NCBI GenBank assembly: GCA_963798915.1
Contig: CAWCVB010000002.1
Coordinates: forward strand, 160,001-224,000
DNA: 64,000 nucleotides
Source of the DNA: an uncultured Gemmatimonadales bacterium
Lineage (GTDB): Bacteria > Gemmatimonadota > Gemmatimonadetes > Gemmatimonadales > GWC2-71-9
Direction: 5' to 3'
Shown here: positions 11,831-23,897 of the stretch, piece by piece
How positions within the stretch are numbered: the first letter of the stretch is position 1
Layout: each line of letters opens with the position of its first letter
Position numbers and translations under genes: made by a program
Notes under the pieces: generated by a model
What the model saw: the letters and a program-made list of their open reading frames with translations, nothing else
Database searches by the model: none
Told to the model about the DNA's origin: nothing

Positions 11831-12481
11831 CTAGAACGCGGAACCGGTACACAGCGGAACAGAGGGGTTCCAGTTCGCGAACATGCCTGCCGGATTGTTC
11901 TCCCAGAGCCAGATGTGGAACATCCAGCCACCGAAGCGGGACGGAGCGAATGCGATCGCGGGATTGATCGCCAGGCCCAGGTCCGCGGACGTGGGTGCCG
12001 CACCGGCCTCGGGCCATGCCTCGCTATAGGGAATGAAATAGTCGAATGCAGCAAGCCGGAATCGGGGTTCGCCCTCTGGAGTGGTCTGTGCGCCGTTGGT
12101 CGGGGCATAGACGAGGAGCTCGGGTTCGAGATAATTGACATCGTCATCAATACCGAACCGTCCGGCATAATGGTAGCCCATTCCGCCCTGAGTCATGTCG
12201 GAGACACATCCATCCGGCGCCGTGAGCTCGTTGCTGACCAGGACCGGATAATCTTCCTGCGCCACTTTGAAGTTGTGGTACTTCGCAGAGAACTGCGTCA
12301 GCTCACTGAGTTGCTGCGCCAGCTCGGGATTGGCGCCCGCCAGCGCGGAGCTCAGCTCCACGCCGGATGGAAGTGCGGCCTGGTTCTCGGTCGGCAGCGC
12401 GGAGTTACCATCGCACGCGGCCAGCAGAACCAGCGCAGCGGATGTCAGCGCTGCGCTGGCCAGCCTCTTCGTGATGTACAT
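11831..12481 (-). CDS. Hypothetical lipoprotein (MGYHY..PELLVY..HIWLW..NP.G.F..NP pattern)
   Basis: Lipobox LAAC, GGAG RBS, globular protein-like composition. Confidence 0.8.
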   Translation of the reverse strand: MYITKRLASAALTSAALVLLAACDGNSALPTENQAALPSGVELSSALAGANPELAQQLSELTQFSAKYHNFKVAQEDYPVLVSNELTAPDGCVSDMTQGGMGYHYAGRFGIDDDVNYLEPELLVYAPTNGAQTTPEGEPRFRLAAFDYFIPYSEAWPEAGAAPTSADLGLAINPAIAFAPSRFGGWMFHIWLWENNPAGMFANWNPSVPLCTGSAF

Positions 12482-12688
12482 TGTGCTTCTCCTTCGGGTT
12501 CAGGGGACGAACTGCGGATAGCCCCGGCTGCGCGCTGTCTCAGGCGCATCCGGGTTGAGGTTTGACGTTCATTGCCGCCAGTCGTACGTTCACAATGCAA
12601 TCGGTTCGTCCGCTGACCGTCCGCTGGCTGTCCGTTGGGCGTCAATTGTGCCGGGTACGGCCGATCTGCACTCCCGATGAGGTCAGTG

Positions 12689-15235
12689 ATGTTCCGTCTT
12701 CGCACGCTGGGACGGCTGGAGTTGGAGGGTGGTCCTTATCCAGCCGCCCAGACCGCGCTTCAGGGACCCAAACGCGCCGGATTGCTGGTTTACCTCGCCC
12801 GCGCGCAACCATCGGGTCTGAAGCGGCGCGACACGCTGCTCGCCCTGTTCTGGCCCGAGCTGGATCAGTCCCGAGCCCGGCATGCCCTGCGCAACACTTT
12901 GCATTCACTCCGGACGACCCTCAGCACCGATCTGATCACCTCCGCCGGCAACGAGGAGGTCGGCATCCCCGACGGGGTGCTTACGTGTGATGCGGACGCG
13001 TTCGAACAGGCGCTGGCTGCGGATCAGGTCGAGCAGGCGGTCGCATTGTACCAGGGCGACTTCCTGGCCGGCTTCTTTCTCCCGGACGCGGGGGAGTTCG
13101 AAGAATGGGTGGAGGCCGAGCGGCAGCGCCTGCGCCGGGCCTTTCACGCTGCGCTGGAGCGGCTGGCGGAGCAGGCGGGCCGAGAGGACGATTGGACCGG
13201 CGCCGTGGAGTGGTGGCGCCGGGTGGTGGAACGGGAGCCGTACAGCGGCCGGCTGACCCTGCGGCTGATGGAAGCGCTGGAGGCGGCGGGCGACCGGGCA
13301 GGCGCGCTGCAGCAGGCCCGCCAGCATGCGCAACGGCTGCAGCAGGAGTTTGGAGCTGAGCCTGACGCCGAGGTGCTCGCGCTGGCCGAGCGGTTGCGGA
13401 CCGAGCCATCCGCCGCCGGAGTGCGCATCAGCGGGCCAAACGCAGCGACACACGGTACAAGGGGAAGCGATGAGCTCCCCGCCACCGCGGCGGCCGCCGC
13501 CCAGCCCAGCCGCCGGACGAGCCGTCCGGGGCTGGCGCGGATTGCCGCGCTCGGGCTGCTGGGGCTGGTGAGCATCGTGGCGATATCGTGGCCGCGCCAG
13601 TCGCACGCGCCAGTGCTTGACCCGCAGCGAGTGGTGATCGCCCCCTTTGAAAACCGCACCGGAGATCCGGCGCTCGATCCGGCCGGCGCCATGGCGGCCG
13701 ACTGGATCATTCAAGGCCTCTCGCAGACGGAGTTGGTGGATGTGACCACCGCGAGCGCCACCCTCGCCTCCTCGCAACATGTGCACGCCATCACGACCGC
13801 CCACCCGAAGGTTGATCCGATTCGCGCCCTGGCAGAGGAAACCGGGTCCGGGCTGGTGGTGACCGGGGCGTACTATCAACAGGGCGACTCGCTCCTGTTT
13901 CAGGCCCACATCACCGATGCGCGCCGCCGAACGCTGGTGCGCACCCTGAAGCCGATCATCGGGACGGTGGCGGCTCCGCTGGATGCCATCGAAGTGCTGC
14001 GCCAGCGCATGCTGGCGGCGCTCGCCCCGCTCCTGGACACCCGGCTCGCCGCGCACGCCAGGATGGCCAGCCAGCCGCCCAGTTACCAGGCCTACCGGGC
14101 CTACGCCGAAGGGATGGAACCCTTCATTGCCGGGGACTGGCAGGGGGCGATCGCGCGCTTTCAGCGCGCCACGGCGCTGGACTCCACCTACCTGCTTCCT
14201 GCCCTGTTGACGGCTATCTCCTACTCCAACCTCGGCGAGTCAGCCCGGGCGGACTCGATTGGCCAGGTCCTCAACCATTCCCGCGATCGTCTGGGGCGCT
14301 ACGATCGCGCCCTGCTGGACCTGATGATGGCGTGGCTGGACGGCGATCCTGTGGCCACCTATGTGGCGGCGAAGCGTGCGGCTGCCATAGCTCCCGGATC
14401 TCTGCCCAACGTGCAGTGGGGAGCCGAGGCCGTCTACCTGAACCATCCCAGGGAAGGAATTGAGATCCTTCAGGGAATCGATCCCACCCGGGGCGAAGTG
14501 CGCGGATGGAAGCTGTACTGGGCCGTGCTGACGGAGGCCTATCATATGCTGGGCAACCACGAGCGGGAGCTGAAGGAGGCGCGGCGAGCCCGGGATCTGT
14601 TTCCCGATCAGCCGTTCTATTTCTTGCCGGAAGCCCTGGCGCTGGCGGCACTTGGACGCATCGACGAAGTGGAAAAGGTCGTCAACCAGCGGCTGGCTTT
14701 CGGGGACCCGGTACCGGGAAGTCTTGATTTCCTGACATTTGTTGGCGACGAGCTGCGCGCCCACGGCCACGACGCCGCTGCCCGGCGGCTGCTGCGCCGC
14801 GCGGTTGACTGGTACCGATCCCGTTCGCCCGAGGAGCAGGCGCTTCACCGCCGTGATCTTGCCGAGCTGTACCTGAATGCAGGCCGTGATCGTGAGGCGC
14901 GACCATTGTTCGAAGAGTTGGCGGCGGAGGCGCCGGACGACATCGAATATCAGGGCGCTCTGGGTGCCCTCGCTGCCCGGCGCGGAGACCGCACGGAAGC
15001 CCTCCGAATCGGTTCGTGGCTGGGGGCCCAGAACCAACCCTATGTCCGCGGGTTGCAGCACTACATGCAGGCCTGCATCACGGCCCAATTGGGCCAGGCA
15101 TCCGAGACCGTGACGCTGCTTCGAAAGGCGCTGGGCGAAGGGAGAGAATTCATCATCTCCATGCACTCAGACCCCTGCTTCGACCCCGTTCGAGGAGACA
15201 CCACGTTTCGGGAGCTGCTGCGGCCCAAGGGGTAG
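12689..15235 (+). CDS. Membrane-anchored SARP/BTAD transcriptional activator with TolB-N-like and TPR sensor region
   Basis: LRTLG..LALFWPE..ARHALRN wHTH, LYQGDFL..FEEW BTAD, one TM helix, VIAPFENRTG, TPR helices; start may be 12677-12689. Confidence 0.88.
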   Translation: MFRLRTLGRLELEGGPYPAAQTALQGPKRAGLLVYLARAQPSGLKRRDTLLALFWPELDQSRARHALRNTLHSLRTTLSTDLITSAGNEEVGIPDGVLTCDADAFEQALAADQVEQAVALYQGDFLAGFFLPDAGEFEEWVEAERQRLRRAFHAALERLAEQAGREDDWTGAVEWWRRVVEREPYSGRLTLRLMEALEAAGDRAGALQQARQHAQRLQQEFGAEPDAEVLALAERLRTEPSAAGVRISGPNAATHGTRGSDELPATAAAAAQPSRRTSRPGLARIAALGLLGLVSIVAISWPRQSHAPVLDPQRVVIAPFENRTGDPALDPAGAMAADWIIQGLSQTELVDVTTASATLASSQHVHAITTAHPKVDPIRALAEETGSGLVVTGAYYQQGDSLLFQAHITDARRRTLVRTLKPIIGTVAAPLDAIEVLRQRMLAALAPLLDTRLAAHARMASQPPSYQAYRAYAEGMEPFIAGDWQGAIARFQRATALDSTYLLPALLTAISYSNLGESARADSIGQVLNHSRDRLGRYDRALLDLMMAWLDGDPVATYVAAKRAAAIAPGSLPNVQWGAEAVYLNHPREGIEILQGIDPTRGEVRGWKLYWAVLTEAYHMLGNHERELKEARRARDLFPDQPFYFLPEALALAALGRIDEVEKVVNQRLAFGDPVPGSLDFLTFVGDELRAHGHDAAARRLLRRAVDWYRSRSPEEQALHRRDLAELYLNAGRDREARPLFEELAAEAPDDIEYQGALGALAARRGDRTEALRIGSWLGAQNQPYVRGLQHYMQACITAQLGQASETVTLLRKALGEGREFIISMHSDPCFDPVRGDTTFRELLRPKG

Positions 15236-15275
15236 CCCGGCATCTCAGCGGCCATGCTGTGAGGAAAAGCCGGCA

Positions 15276-15599
15276 GTAAGGGCGGCCTGCGGTCGCCCCA
15301 TCGCGTCCCGATGTCTGCGGTCGCCCGAGGATGCCGGGGAAGATCGGCCGCCCCCTCGCATCCCGATGTCTGCGGTCGCCCGAGGATGCCGGGGAAGATC
15401 GGCCGCCCCCTCGCATCCCGATGTCTGCGGTCGCCCGAGGATGCCGGGGAAGATCGGCCGCCCCCTCGCGTCCCGATGTCTGCGGTCGCCCGAGGATGCC
15501 GGGGAAGATCGGCCGCCCCCTCGCGTCCCGATGTCTGCGGTCGCCCGAGGATGCCGGGGAAGATCGGCAGGTCAGGGGGCGGCCGCAGGCCGCCCGTAC
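15276..15599. repeat. Inverted REP pair enclosing a 55-bp tandem array (~4.9 copies)
   Basis: GTAAGGGCGGCCTGCGGTCGCCCC at 15276 and an inverse copy at 15576-15599; units start at 15301, 15356, 15411, 15466 and 15521. Confidence 0.92.
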
Positions 15600-15621
15600 A
15601 GAGGGGGTGTGCAGAGATCGG

Positions 15622-16137
15622 CTAGCCAGGCTGGGTTGGTGATCCGGGCCAGCGCTGCGCATGCCAGGCGACGCTTGGATTGGCCTGGATGTATCGGCGA
15701 ACTCGATCAAAATGCCGTTGACTGCGTATGATCGCGTCATGAAAGCTGCGATGCCAGATGTCGAAAGCCGGAGGCGAAGGCAGGCGGCGGACGCGGCTCG
15801 TGACCGCAGCCTTGAATCCATTGATCATGGCCAAGAGCGAAGTGGCGCAGTACTGGCAGTCATCGTCGCGCAGGCAGGCCAGTCCATGAAAGTGATTGGG
15901 CATGACGATGAAGGCATCCAGCGCCACATCGCGACGAAGTTCGGCGGTTCGCTGCCATTCCGCGGCAACGATGGAGCCCACATTTGATAACCTCACGCCA
16001 TCCTGCACTAGCTGGCCGAACAATGGCTGACGGTCCTTCGCATTGATCGTGACGAAGTACCAGCGCCTGGTGGAGTAGTCGAAACCTTCGAGGCGAGGGC
16101 TGGTGCGGCCTCGACGAACGAGTGTGCGAATCGGCAT
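15622..16137 (-). mobile_element. REP-associated tyrosine transposase (RAYT, Y1 HUH family)
   Basis: RL.GFDYS..YFVTI, MPNHFH (HUH), W.RSFHD.IIR, YIQANP catalytic Tyr; flanked by REPs. Confidence 0.9.
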
Positions 16138-16248
16138 CCCTCATATTGGGATACTGCGCTAGCCGAGAGCGCATCGAGAAATCGCCTGGCCCATCATTCG
16201 AACCCCTGCCAGCCCGGCCAGCCCAATTCCCCCGCCCATCGCACATCC

Positions 16249-16362
16249 GGGCGGCCGCATGCGCACACCAGCGGAGATTGGTGTGTGATGGGGCGGCCGC
16301 AGGCCGCATGCGCACACCAGCGGAGATTGGTGTGTGATGGGGCGGCCGCAGGCCGCCCTTAC
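16249..16362. repeat. 49-bp tandem duplication ending in an inverse REP
   Basis: Units at 16253 and 16302 with an internal CACACCA/TGGTGTG hairpin; GGGGCGGCCGCAGGCCGCCCTTAC at 16339-16362. Confidence 0.88.
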
Positions 16363-16378
16363 AGGGGGCTGGTGAGAT

Positions 16379-18340
16379 TCATTTCTTCCAGAGATTGTTG
16401 GCCTCATCCACATCCGCAAACGCGTGCACGGCGTCGATCTCCACTCTGGTGACGGTGCCGCCCCTGGCCGTGAGCGTGGCACTGGTGGCGCCGCGGAGCC
16501 AGGTCTCCACCGGCACGGTGAGGATCTCCGACTTGCCGCCGGCATAGGTGACGGTGACGTTTGACGGCATGGGCACCAGCCCCTTGTCCTCGATCACGAT
16601 GGTGGTAGCGTCGGCGCCGGGTGTCACGCTGCCCACCGCCTGGTCCAGCTGCCAGGTCTCGAAGAACCAGCTGCGCCAGAACCACCAGAGATTCTGTCCC
16701 GACACATCATTGAACGTGTTCCAGAGATCGTACGGTGTGGGGTGCTTGTACTGCCACCGCCGGCCGTACTCCCGGTACGCCTTCATGAAGGTGTCCTGGC
16801 CCAGCAGTGCGCGAGCCATGTCCAGGACTGTCGCGGTCTTGAGGTAGGTGGCGATGCTGTACACCTGGCGATCGGGATAGAGGTCGCCCCAGCGCATGAT
16901 CTCCACTTCCTGGCCCGAGTGTGCGACGTTCAGGTAACCTTGACGAGCTTCCTTGATCGTCGAGGAGTCGGTCGTATTGAAGAAGGCCGCCTCGGCATTG
17001 CCCTCGTCGAACTGGGTGAGCCCTTCATCCTGCCAGCTGTAGCGTTTTTCGTTGGATCCCACCTGCATCGGGAACCACATGTGGCCGGTCTCGTGCACCG
17101 TGACACCAAAGAGGCCGGTGGTGTCCCGCGATCCGCCGAGGCAGGTCATCATCGGATATTCCATGCCGCCACAGCTGGATGGGCCATGCACCGCCGTCAT
17201 GTGCGGATAGGGATAGGGCCAGAGAAACTTCGAGAGAAGTTCGATCGAGGCCTTGACGTAGCGGGCCTCGTTGCCCCACACCGCAGCGTCATCGCCGTCC
17301 AGCCAGAACGCATTGATGGCGGCGGTGCCGGCGCCGGTGGAGGCATGGGTGGCGTCCCAGTTGAACCTGGCAGACGTTCCCCAGGAAACATCCCGGACGT
17401 TCTTCGCCACAAAATGCCAGGTCAGCTTGCCATTGTTGCCCGGCGCCGTGGCCCGTCCTGCCGCGAGATCCGTTGCCGAAACCACATGGACCGTGGTATC
17501 GGCCGTGGCGGCAAGCGCCAGCCGTTGGCGCGGCTCCGGCTGCAGCACTGCGTCAGCGTTCTCAAGGACGCCGGTGGAGGCTACGAGATACTTCTCCGGC
17601 ACGGTGATGCTCACGTCGTAGTCGCCGTAACCCATGTAGAACTCGGCGTTGGTGCGATACAGATCGGCGGTCCAGCCGTTCACGTCGTCATAGACTGCGA
17701 CCTGCGGATACCAATAGGACACGTACGACACATCATCATTACGCCCGCCACGCGGCGCACCGTCGGGCGGTACGGTGAGCGTCCAGGCGGTGCCGATGGT
17801 GACGCTGTCTCCAGGAAGCAGCGGGGATGCCATCGGGATGCCCAGCAGGGTACCCGAGCTGCGGTAACCGTTGCGGTTGCTGGTCCGGTCAAACGGAGGA
17901 AGCACGGTGCCGTTGACCGAGACGCTGGTCATGGTGACGCCATCGGTGATCGGCACGGTGCGGTTGCGCTGGGCATCGGGTGCAAAAGCGTTGTCCCGGA
18001 TGTGCATCACGACAATTGACAGGGTATCGGGCGAGTGGTTCACGTAGACCACGCTGCCGGTGCCATCCAGCTTGCCGGTGGCGGGATCGTAATCCGCTGC
18101 CAGGCGATAGCGGGCCCACTGCTGCCAGTAGTTCGGGCCGGGCGCGCCAGTGTGGCTGCGCGTGCCGGCCGCCACAGCGTCGCTGAACCCCTTGGTCTCG
18201 AAGACCGGGTATGGCCGGGGACGGGCCGAGGCGAGCGCCGTGGCGAGGCCGGTTGCAGGACCTGGCTGGGTGGATGGTGTGCCGCCGGCGCATGCGGCCA
18301 GCAGGATGGTTCCGGTCAGGGACCAGCCGGATCGAATCAT
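16379..18340 (-). CDS. M1 family metallopeptidase, lipoprotein
   Basis: YWQQ, GGMEYP, HETGH..E zinc motif; lipobox LAAC. Confidence 0.9.
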   Translation of the reverse strand: MIRSGWSLTGTILLAACAGGTPSTQPGPATGLATALASARPRPYPVFETKGFSDAVAAGTRSHTGAPGPNYWQQWARYRLAADYDPATGKLDGTGSVVYVNHSPDTLSIVVMHIRDNAFAPDAQRNRTVPITDGVTMTSVSVNGTVLPPFDRTSNRNGYRSSGTLLGIPMASPLLPGDSVTIGTAWTLTVPPDGAPRGGRNDDVSYVSYWYPQVAVYDDVNGWTADLYRTNAEFYMGYGDYDVSITVPEKYLVASTGVLENADAVLQPEPRQRLALAATADTTVHVVSATDLAAGRATAPGNNGKLTWHFVAKNVRDVSWGTSARFNWDATHASTGAGTAAINAFWLDGDDAAVWGNEARYVKASIELLSKFLWPYPYPHMTAVHGPSSCGGMEYPMMTCLGGSRDTTGLFGVTVHETGHMWFPMQVGSNEKRYSWQDEGLTQFDEGNAEAAFFNTTDSSTIKEARQGYLNVAHSGQEVEIMRWGDLYPDRQVYSIATYLKTATVLDMARALLGQDTFMKAYREYGRRWQYKHPTPYDLWNTFNDVSGQNLWWFWRSWFFETWQLDQAVGSVTPGADATTIVIEDKGLVPMPSNVTVTYAGGKSEILTVPVETWLRGATSATLTARGGTVTRVEIDAVHAFADVDEANNLWKK

Positions 18341-18396
18341 GGAAACTCCATCTGGGAACGGGACATGGTACGGACGCGGCTCGCGGCGGCGATGTT

Positions 18397-19296
18397 TCAG
18401 GAGAGCAGGGAGCGCAGCAGCTTCATCATCTTCAGGTCAAGTGGATCGGGCGAGTCGTCGTTGACGGCGGGCTCCGTGTCCGCCTGCGGCGTTTCGAGAA
18501 TGAGCGGAATATTGGCGCTGCGCTTGTCGTTGAGCAGCCAGCGAAAGGGCTCCACCCCGATCCCGCCCTCGCCGATGAGCACGTGACGATCACGGTTGGA
18601 GTCGAAGGGATATTCACTGTCGTTCAAGTGGAAGAAGCCAGGCGTCTCGCCGGTAGCTTCCTCAAAGGCGTCGAGCACCAGCGTCAGGGTTTCCCGGGAG
18701 GTATGGATGTCGTGGCCGGCGGCAAAGAGGTGACAGGTATCGAGCCCGTAGCCGGTGCGCCGGCGCAGCGCCGTGGGCACCCGCTCGAGAATCCCGCCGA
18801 TTTCCTCCGGGGTCTTCCCGATGGTGAGGCCCGCCCCGGCGGTATTCTCGATGAGGACCCTGGTGTTTCCCTGCACCGCTTCGAGCGCCTGGGTGATGGC
18901 CCTGGCGACTCGGCCGAGCGCCTCCTCCTTGTTGCCGTCCCGTGCGGCGCCAGGATGGAAGCAGCAGGCGCCGATGCCCAGCGCCGTCGAGCGCTCGAGT
19001 TCCTTGGCGAGGCCGGCAGCGGCACGCACCCATTTTTCTTCTTCATGGGTGGCCGTATTGAGCACGTATGCAGCATGCGCCACGACATGCTGCGGCGCAA
19101 TCTTCACCTCATCGAGCGCTGTCCTGAACCGCTCCACCCGTTCCGGCTTAATCCCGGCCTTGTCGCCGTAGAACTTGGGGATGGTGGTGAAGATCTGGAG
19201 CGCGGTCATGCCGGCGTTGCCGGCCCGCCGGGCGGCCATGTCGATGCCGCCGTTGGCGGGGGTATGGGCGCCGAGGAATCGCGAAACGGCTGGCAT
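18397..19296 (-). CDS. nfo: Endonuclease IV (AP endonuclease)
   Basis: GAH, HAAY, FHPG, ENTAG, LDTCH, HLND, DRH and LETP motifs. Confidence 0.93.
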   Translation of the reverse strand: MPAVSRFLGAHTPANGGIDMAARRAGNAGMTALQIFTTIPKFYGDKAGIKPERVERFRTALDEVKIAPQHVVAHAAYVLNTATHEEEKWVRAAAGLAKELERSTALGIGACCFHPGAARDGNKEEALGRVARAITQALEAVQGNTRVLIENTAGAGLTIGKTPEEIGGILERVPTALRRRTGYGLDTCHLFAAGHDIHTSRETLTLVLDAFEEATGETPGFFHLNDSEYPFDSNRDRHVLIGEGGIGVEPFRWLLNDKRSANIPLILETPQADTEPAVNDDSPDPLDLKMMKLLRSLLS

Positions 19297-19301
19297 AGGT
19301 G

Positions 19302-19358
19302 GAGGATGGGCAGGATGGGCGGGATGGGCAAGATGGGCAAGATGGGCAGGATGGGCAG
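19302..19358. repeat. Nonamer tandem repeat (GGATGGGCA-like) x6
   Basis: Read directly; partial inverse copy at about 19378-19392. Confidence 0.85.
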
Positions 19359-19437
19359 GTGAGAGCTAATCCGCATTCATCCGCCCATCCAGCCCCACCC
19401 GAGCTGGCCTACAAAATGCACCGGTGCTCAGGAGATC

Positions 19438-19475
19438 GTGCAAATCTTGCACAAAACCGTGTGCAGTTCTACATT
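19438..19475 (+). promoter_or_regulatory. Sigma70-type promoter of glutamine synthetase with a palindrome over the -35
   Basis: TTGCAC-17 nt-TACATT; GTGCAA-ATC-TTGCAC palindrome at 19438-19452. Confidence 0.6.
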
Positions 19476-19525
19476 TTCCGCTTGATTTCTGGATGGTAAA
19501 CCGCCCAGCCCTGTCAGGAGCGCCC

Positions 19526-21673
<2,148 letters not shown>

Positions 21674-21683
21674 GGTGCGGTGC

Positions 21684-21760
21684 GCTGTGCGCTATGAGCT
21701 ATGCGCTATTGAGCTATGCGAAGGCACTTTCTTCGCGCTTAGCGCATAACGCACAGCGCA
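21684..21760. repeat. Inverted heptamer repeat sets (GCGCTAT/GAGCTAT vs TAGCGCA-like)
   Basis: Lies between the convergent glnA and FNT genes. Confidence 0.6.
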
Positions 21761-21770
21761 GTGAAAAAAT

Positions 21771-22610
21771 TCACGATTGCCGGGGCTGCCCGTCGTCCGC
21801 CCGGCCGGCCACCACCTGGGCGTGGTTGAGGCTGGTCACCAGCATCACCCCGCCAATGGTGTTGCCGAGGAGAGCGGGCAGGAAGTAACCGCCGGCGTAG
21901 CTCCACCAGGAAAGGCCGCCCCGGAAGACCAGGTAGAGCACGTCGGCGGAGCCGGCAATCACGTGCGCCAGGCCGCCGACACCTACCAGCCAGGTCATGG
22001 TCACGATGGTGGCGAACCGGGCATGCGAGGCACCCGGGAGCATCCACACCATGAGCGCGATGAGCCAGCCCGCGAAGATGGCGCGGGTAAAGATCGCCCA
22101 GAACCCGGGCTCTGCCGTCTGGCGGCCAATCAGCTGGAAAGCCGCATGGACCTCCGGCCCGAATACCGGCGCATGGACGAGTGCAAAGGCAAAGATGTGC
22201 ACGCCGACAATGTTGGCGGCCAGCACCGTGCCCCACAGACGAAGCACCGAGCGCAGGGCGTGCGGCGATCGCTTGGCCAGCACCGGCACCACGACCGTGA
22301 GGGTGTTTTCGGTAAACAATTGCTGGCTGCCGAGGATCACGACCAGGAAGCCGATGGTGTAGCCCAGCTTGCTGATCAGCGGCCGCCAGGGTGCATCCGG
22401 CAGGTGCGCGGTGAGCAGGCCGTCGCCCATGAGCGAAAAGCCCATCGACAGGCCGGCGGCGAGCCCGGACCAGAGGAGGGCGCGTGTGGGTCGGCGAAGT
22501 TCTTCCTCGCCCTGTCGCCGCACGACCTCGTAAGTGACACCGGCCGTGATGGCCGTCTCGTGCTCTGCCTTCCGCTTTTGTGCTGCCTTGAGTGGTGCGG
22601 CCTTGGCCAT
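21771..22610 (-). CDS. Formate/nitrite transporter family protein (YfdC-like)
   Basis: GEEELRRP..L.WSGLAAG, QLFTENT, AHVIAGS, GNTIGG; several TM helices. Confidence 0.9.
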   Translation of the reverse strand: MAKAAPLKAAQKRKAEHETAITAGVTYEVVRRQGEEELRRPTRALLWSGLAAGLSMGFSLMGDGLLTAHLPDAPWRPLISKLGYTIGFLVVILGSQQLFTENTLTVVVPVLAKRSPHALRSVLRLWGTVLAANIVGVHIFAFALVHAPVFGPEVHAAFQLIGRQTAEPGFWAIFTRAIFAGWLIALMVWMLPGASHARFATIVTMTWLVGVGGLAHVIAGSADVLYLVFRGGLSWWSYAGGYFLPALLGNTIGGVMLVTSLNHAQVVAGRADDGQPRQS

Positions 22611-22670
22611 GGAACAGCTCCGGGAGACACGTGCGATGACGAGGCGGTCGGTCCATCGTAGATTCGCGAC

Positions 22671-23288
22671 ATGAATGATACGGCAACCCCGATGGCCCGG
22701 CCGGTCCCGGTTACGCTTACGGGCCGGGTGGTGCAACTCGAACCGTTGACGCTCGAGCACATCCCGGCGCTTGCCGCTGCCGGCGCCGATCCGCGCGTCT
22801 GGGAATGGACCCTGCCGGATGGACATCTGCCCGGTGTCATGGCCGAGTATGTCCGCACCGCACTGGATGACCAGGCCGCCGGCAGCGCGCTGCCCTTCGT
22901 GGTCCGTCACCTCGCCGACAATCAGGTCATCGGTTCGACGCGCTTTGCCAATATCGCGGTGGAGCACGGCGGGCTGGAGATCGGCTGGACCTGGTACCAT
23001 CCCTCGCACTGGCGCACCGCCGTCAACACTGAGTGCAAGCTGCTACTGCTTCGCCACGCCTTCGAGACCCTCGGCGCCATCCGCGTCGAGTTGAAGACTG
23101 ATGCCATGAACCAGCGCTCACGCGCGGCCATCTTGCGGCTGGGCGCGGTGGAGGAGGGGATCCTGCGCTCGAAGATGATCGTGCGGAACGGGCGCCGGCG
23201 GGACACGGTCTACTTCAGTATTCTGGACAGCGAATGGTCCGGGGTGAAGGCCGGGCTGGAGTCGAGAGTCGCGGGTCGCGGGTCGTGA
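22671..23288 (+). CDS. GNAT family N-acetyltransferase (RimJ/RimL-like)
   Basis: GSTRF, EIGWTW, VNTECK..LL..AFE, RVELKTD..N.RS. Confidence 0.92.
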   Translation: MNDTATPMARPVPVTLTGRVVQLEPLTLEHIPALAAAGADPRVWEWTLPDGHLPGVMAEYVRTALDDQAAGSALPFVVRHLADNQVIGSTRFANIAVEHGGLEIGWTWYHPSHWRTAVNTECKLLLLRHAFETLGAIRVELKTDAMNQRSRAAILRLGAVEEGILRSKMIVRNGRRRDTVYFSILDSEWSGVKAGLESRVAGRGS

Positions 23289-23381
23289 AACGGTTGGAGG
23301 CATCTTATCCACGTCATTGCGAGTCAGCGCACGCCGATGGCATGCTCGCAATGACGCGCAAATAACGAGTTTCCTGACCTC

Positions 23382-23885
23382 CTACCCGTCCTGCCCGTCC
23401 TGTTGTCCCTCCGGCTCATACGTTCCTGGTGTGGTGCGGCCGGCAATGGACAGGCGATTCCACAGATTGATCGTGGCCACGGCGACCGTCAGATCAGCCA
23501 GCTCCTTTTCGTCGAACTGCTGGCGCGCCTGTTCGTAGACCTCGTCCGGCACATGCCCATCCGCCACCAAGGTCACCGCCTCGGTCCACGCCAGTGCCGC
23601 CCGCTCGCGGTCGGAGTACCAGGGGCATTCGCGCCAGGCGTCCAGCGAGTAGAGCCGCTGCTCGGTCTCGCCTGCCACCTTGAGATCCTTCCAGTGCATG
23701 TCGATGCAATAGGCGCAGCCATTCACCTGGGAGGCGCGCAGCCGGATCAGGTTCAGCAACGATTCCTCCAGGCCGCAGCGCTGCAGGTAGGTCTCAAGCC
23801 CGAGGATGGCGTGATAGCCGCCCGGGGAGGTCTTGCTGTAGTGAAGGCGTTCAGTCATGGTTTCGGCTGTCAGTCCTGGTGTCAT
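23382..23885 (-). CDS. AhpD/carboxymuconolactone decarboxylase family protein
   Basis: LRASQVNGCAYCIDMH, RERAALAW.E, INLWNR; start may be 23858. Confidence 0.92.
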   Translation of the reverse strand: MTPGLTAETMTERLHYSKTSPGGYHAILGLETYLQRCGLEESLLNLIRLRASQVNGCAYCIDMHWKDLKVAGETEQRLYSLDAWRECPWYSDRERAALAWTEAVTLVADGHVPDEVYEQARQQFDEKELADLTVAVATINLWNRLSIAGRTTPGTYEPEGQQDGQDG

Positions 23886-23897
23886 GGTGCATTCCGA

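Noticed and set aside
15301..15568. 55-bp array as a CRISPR
   Set aside because: Units are contiguous and near-identical with no unique spacers; no cas genes; better explained by RAYT/REP
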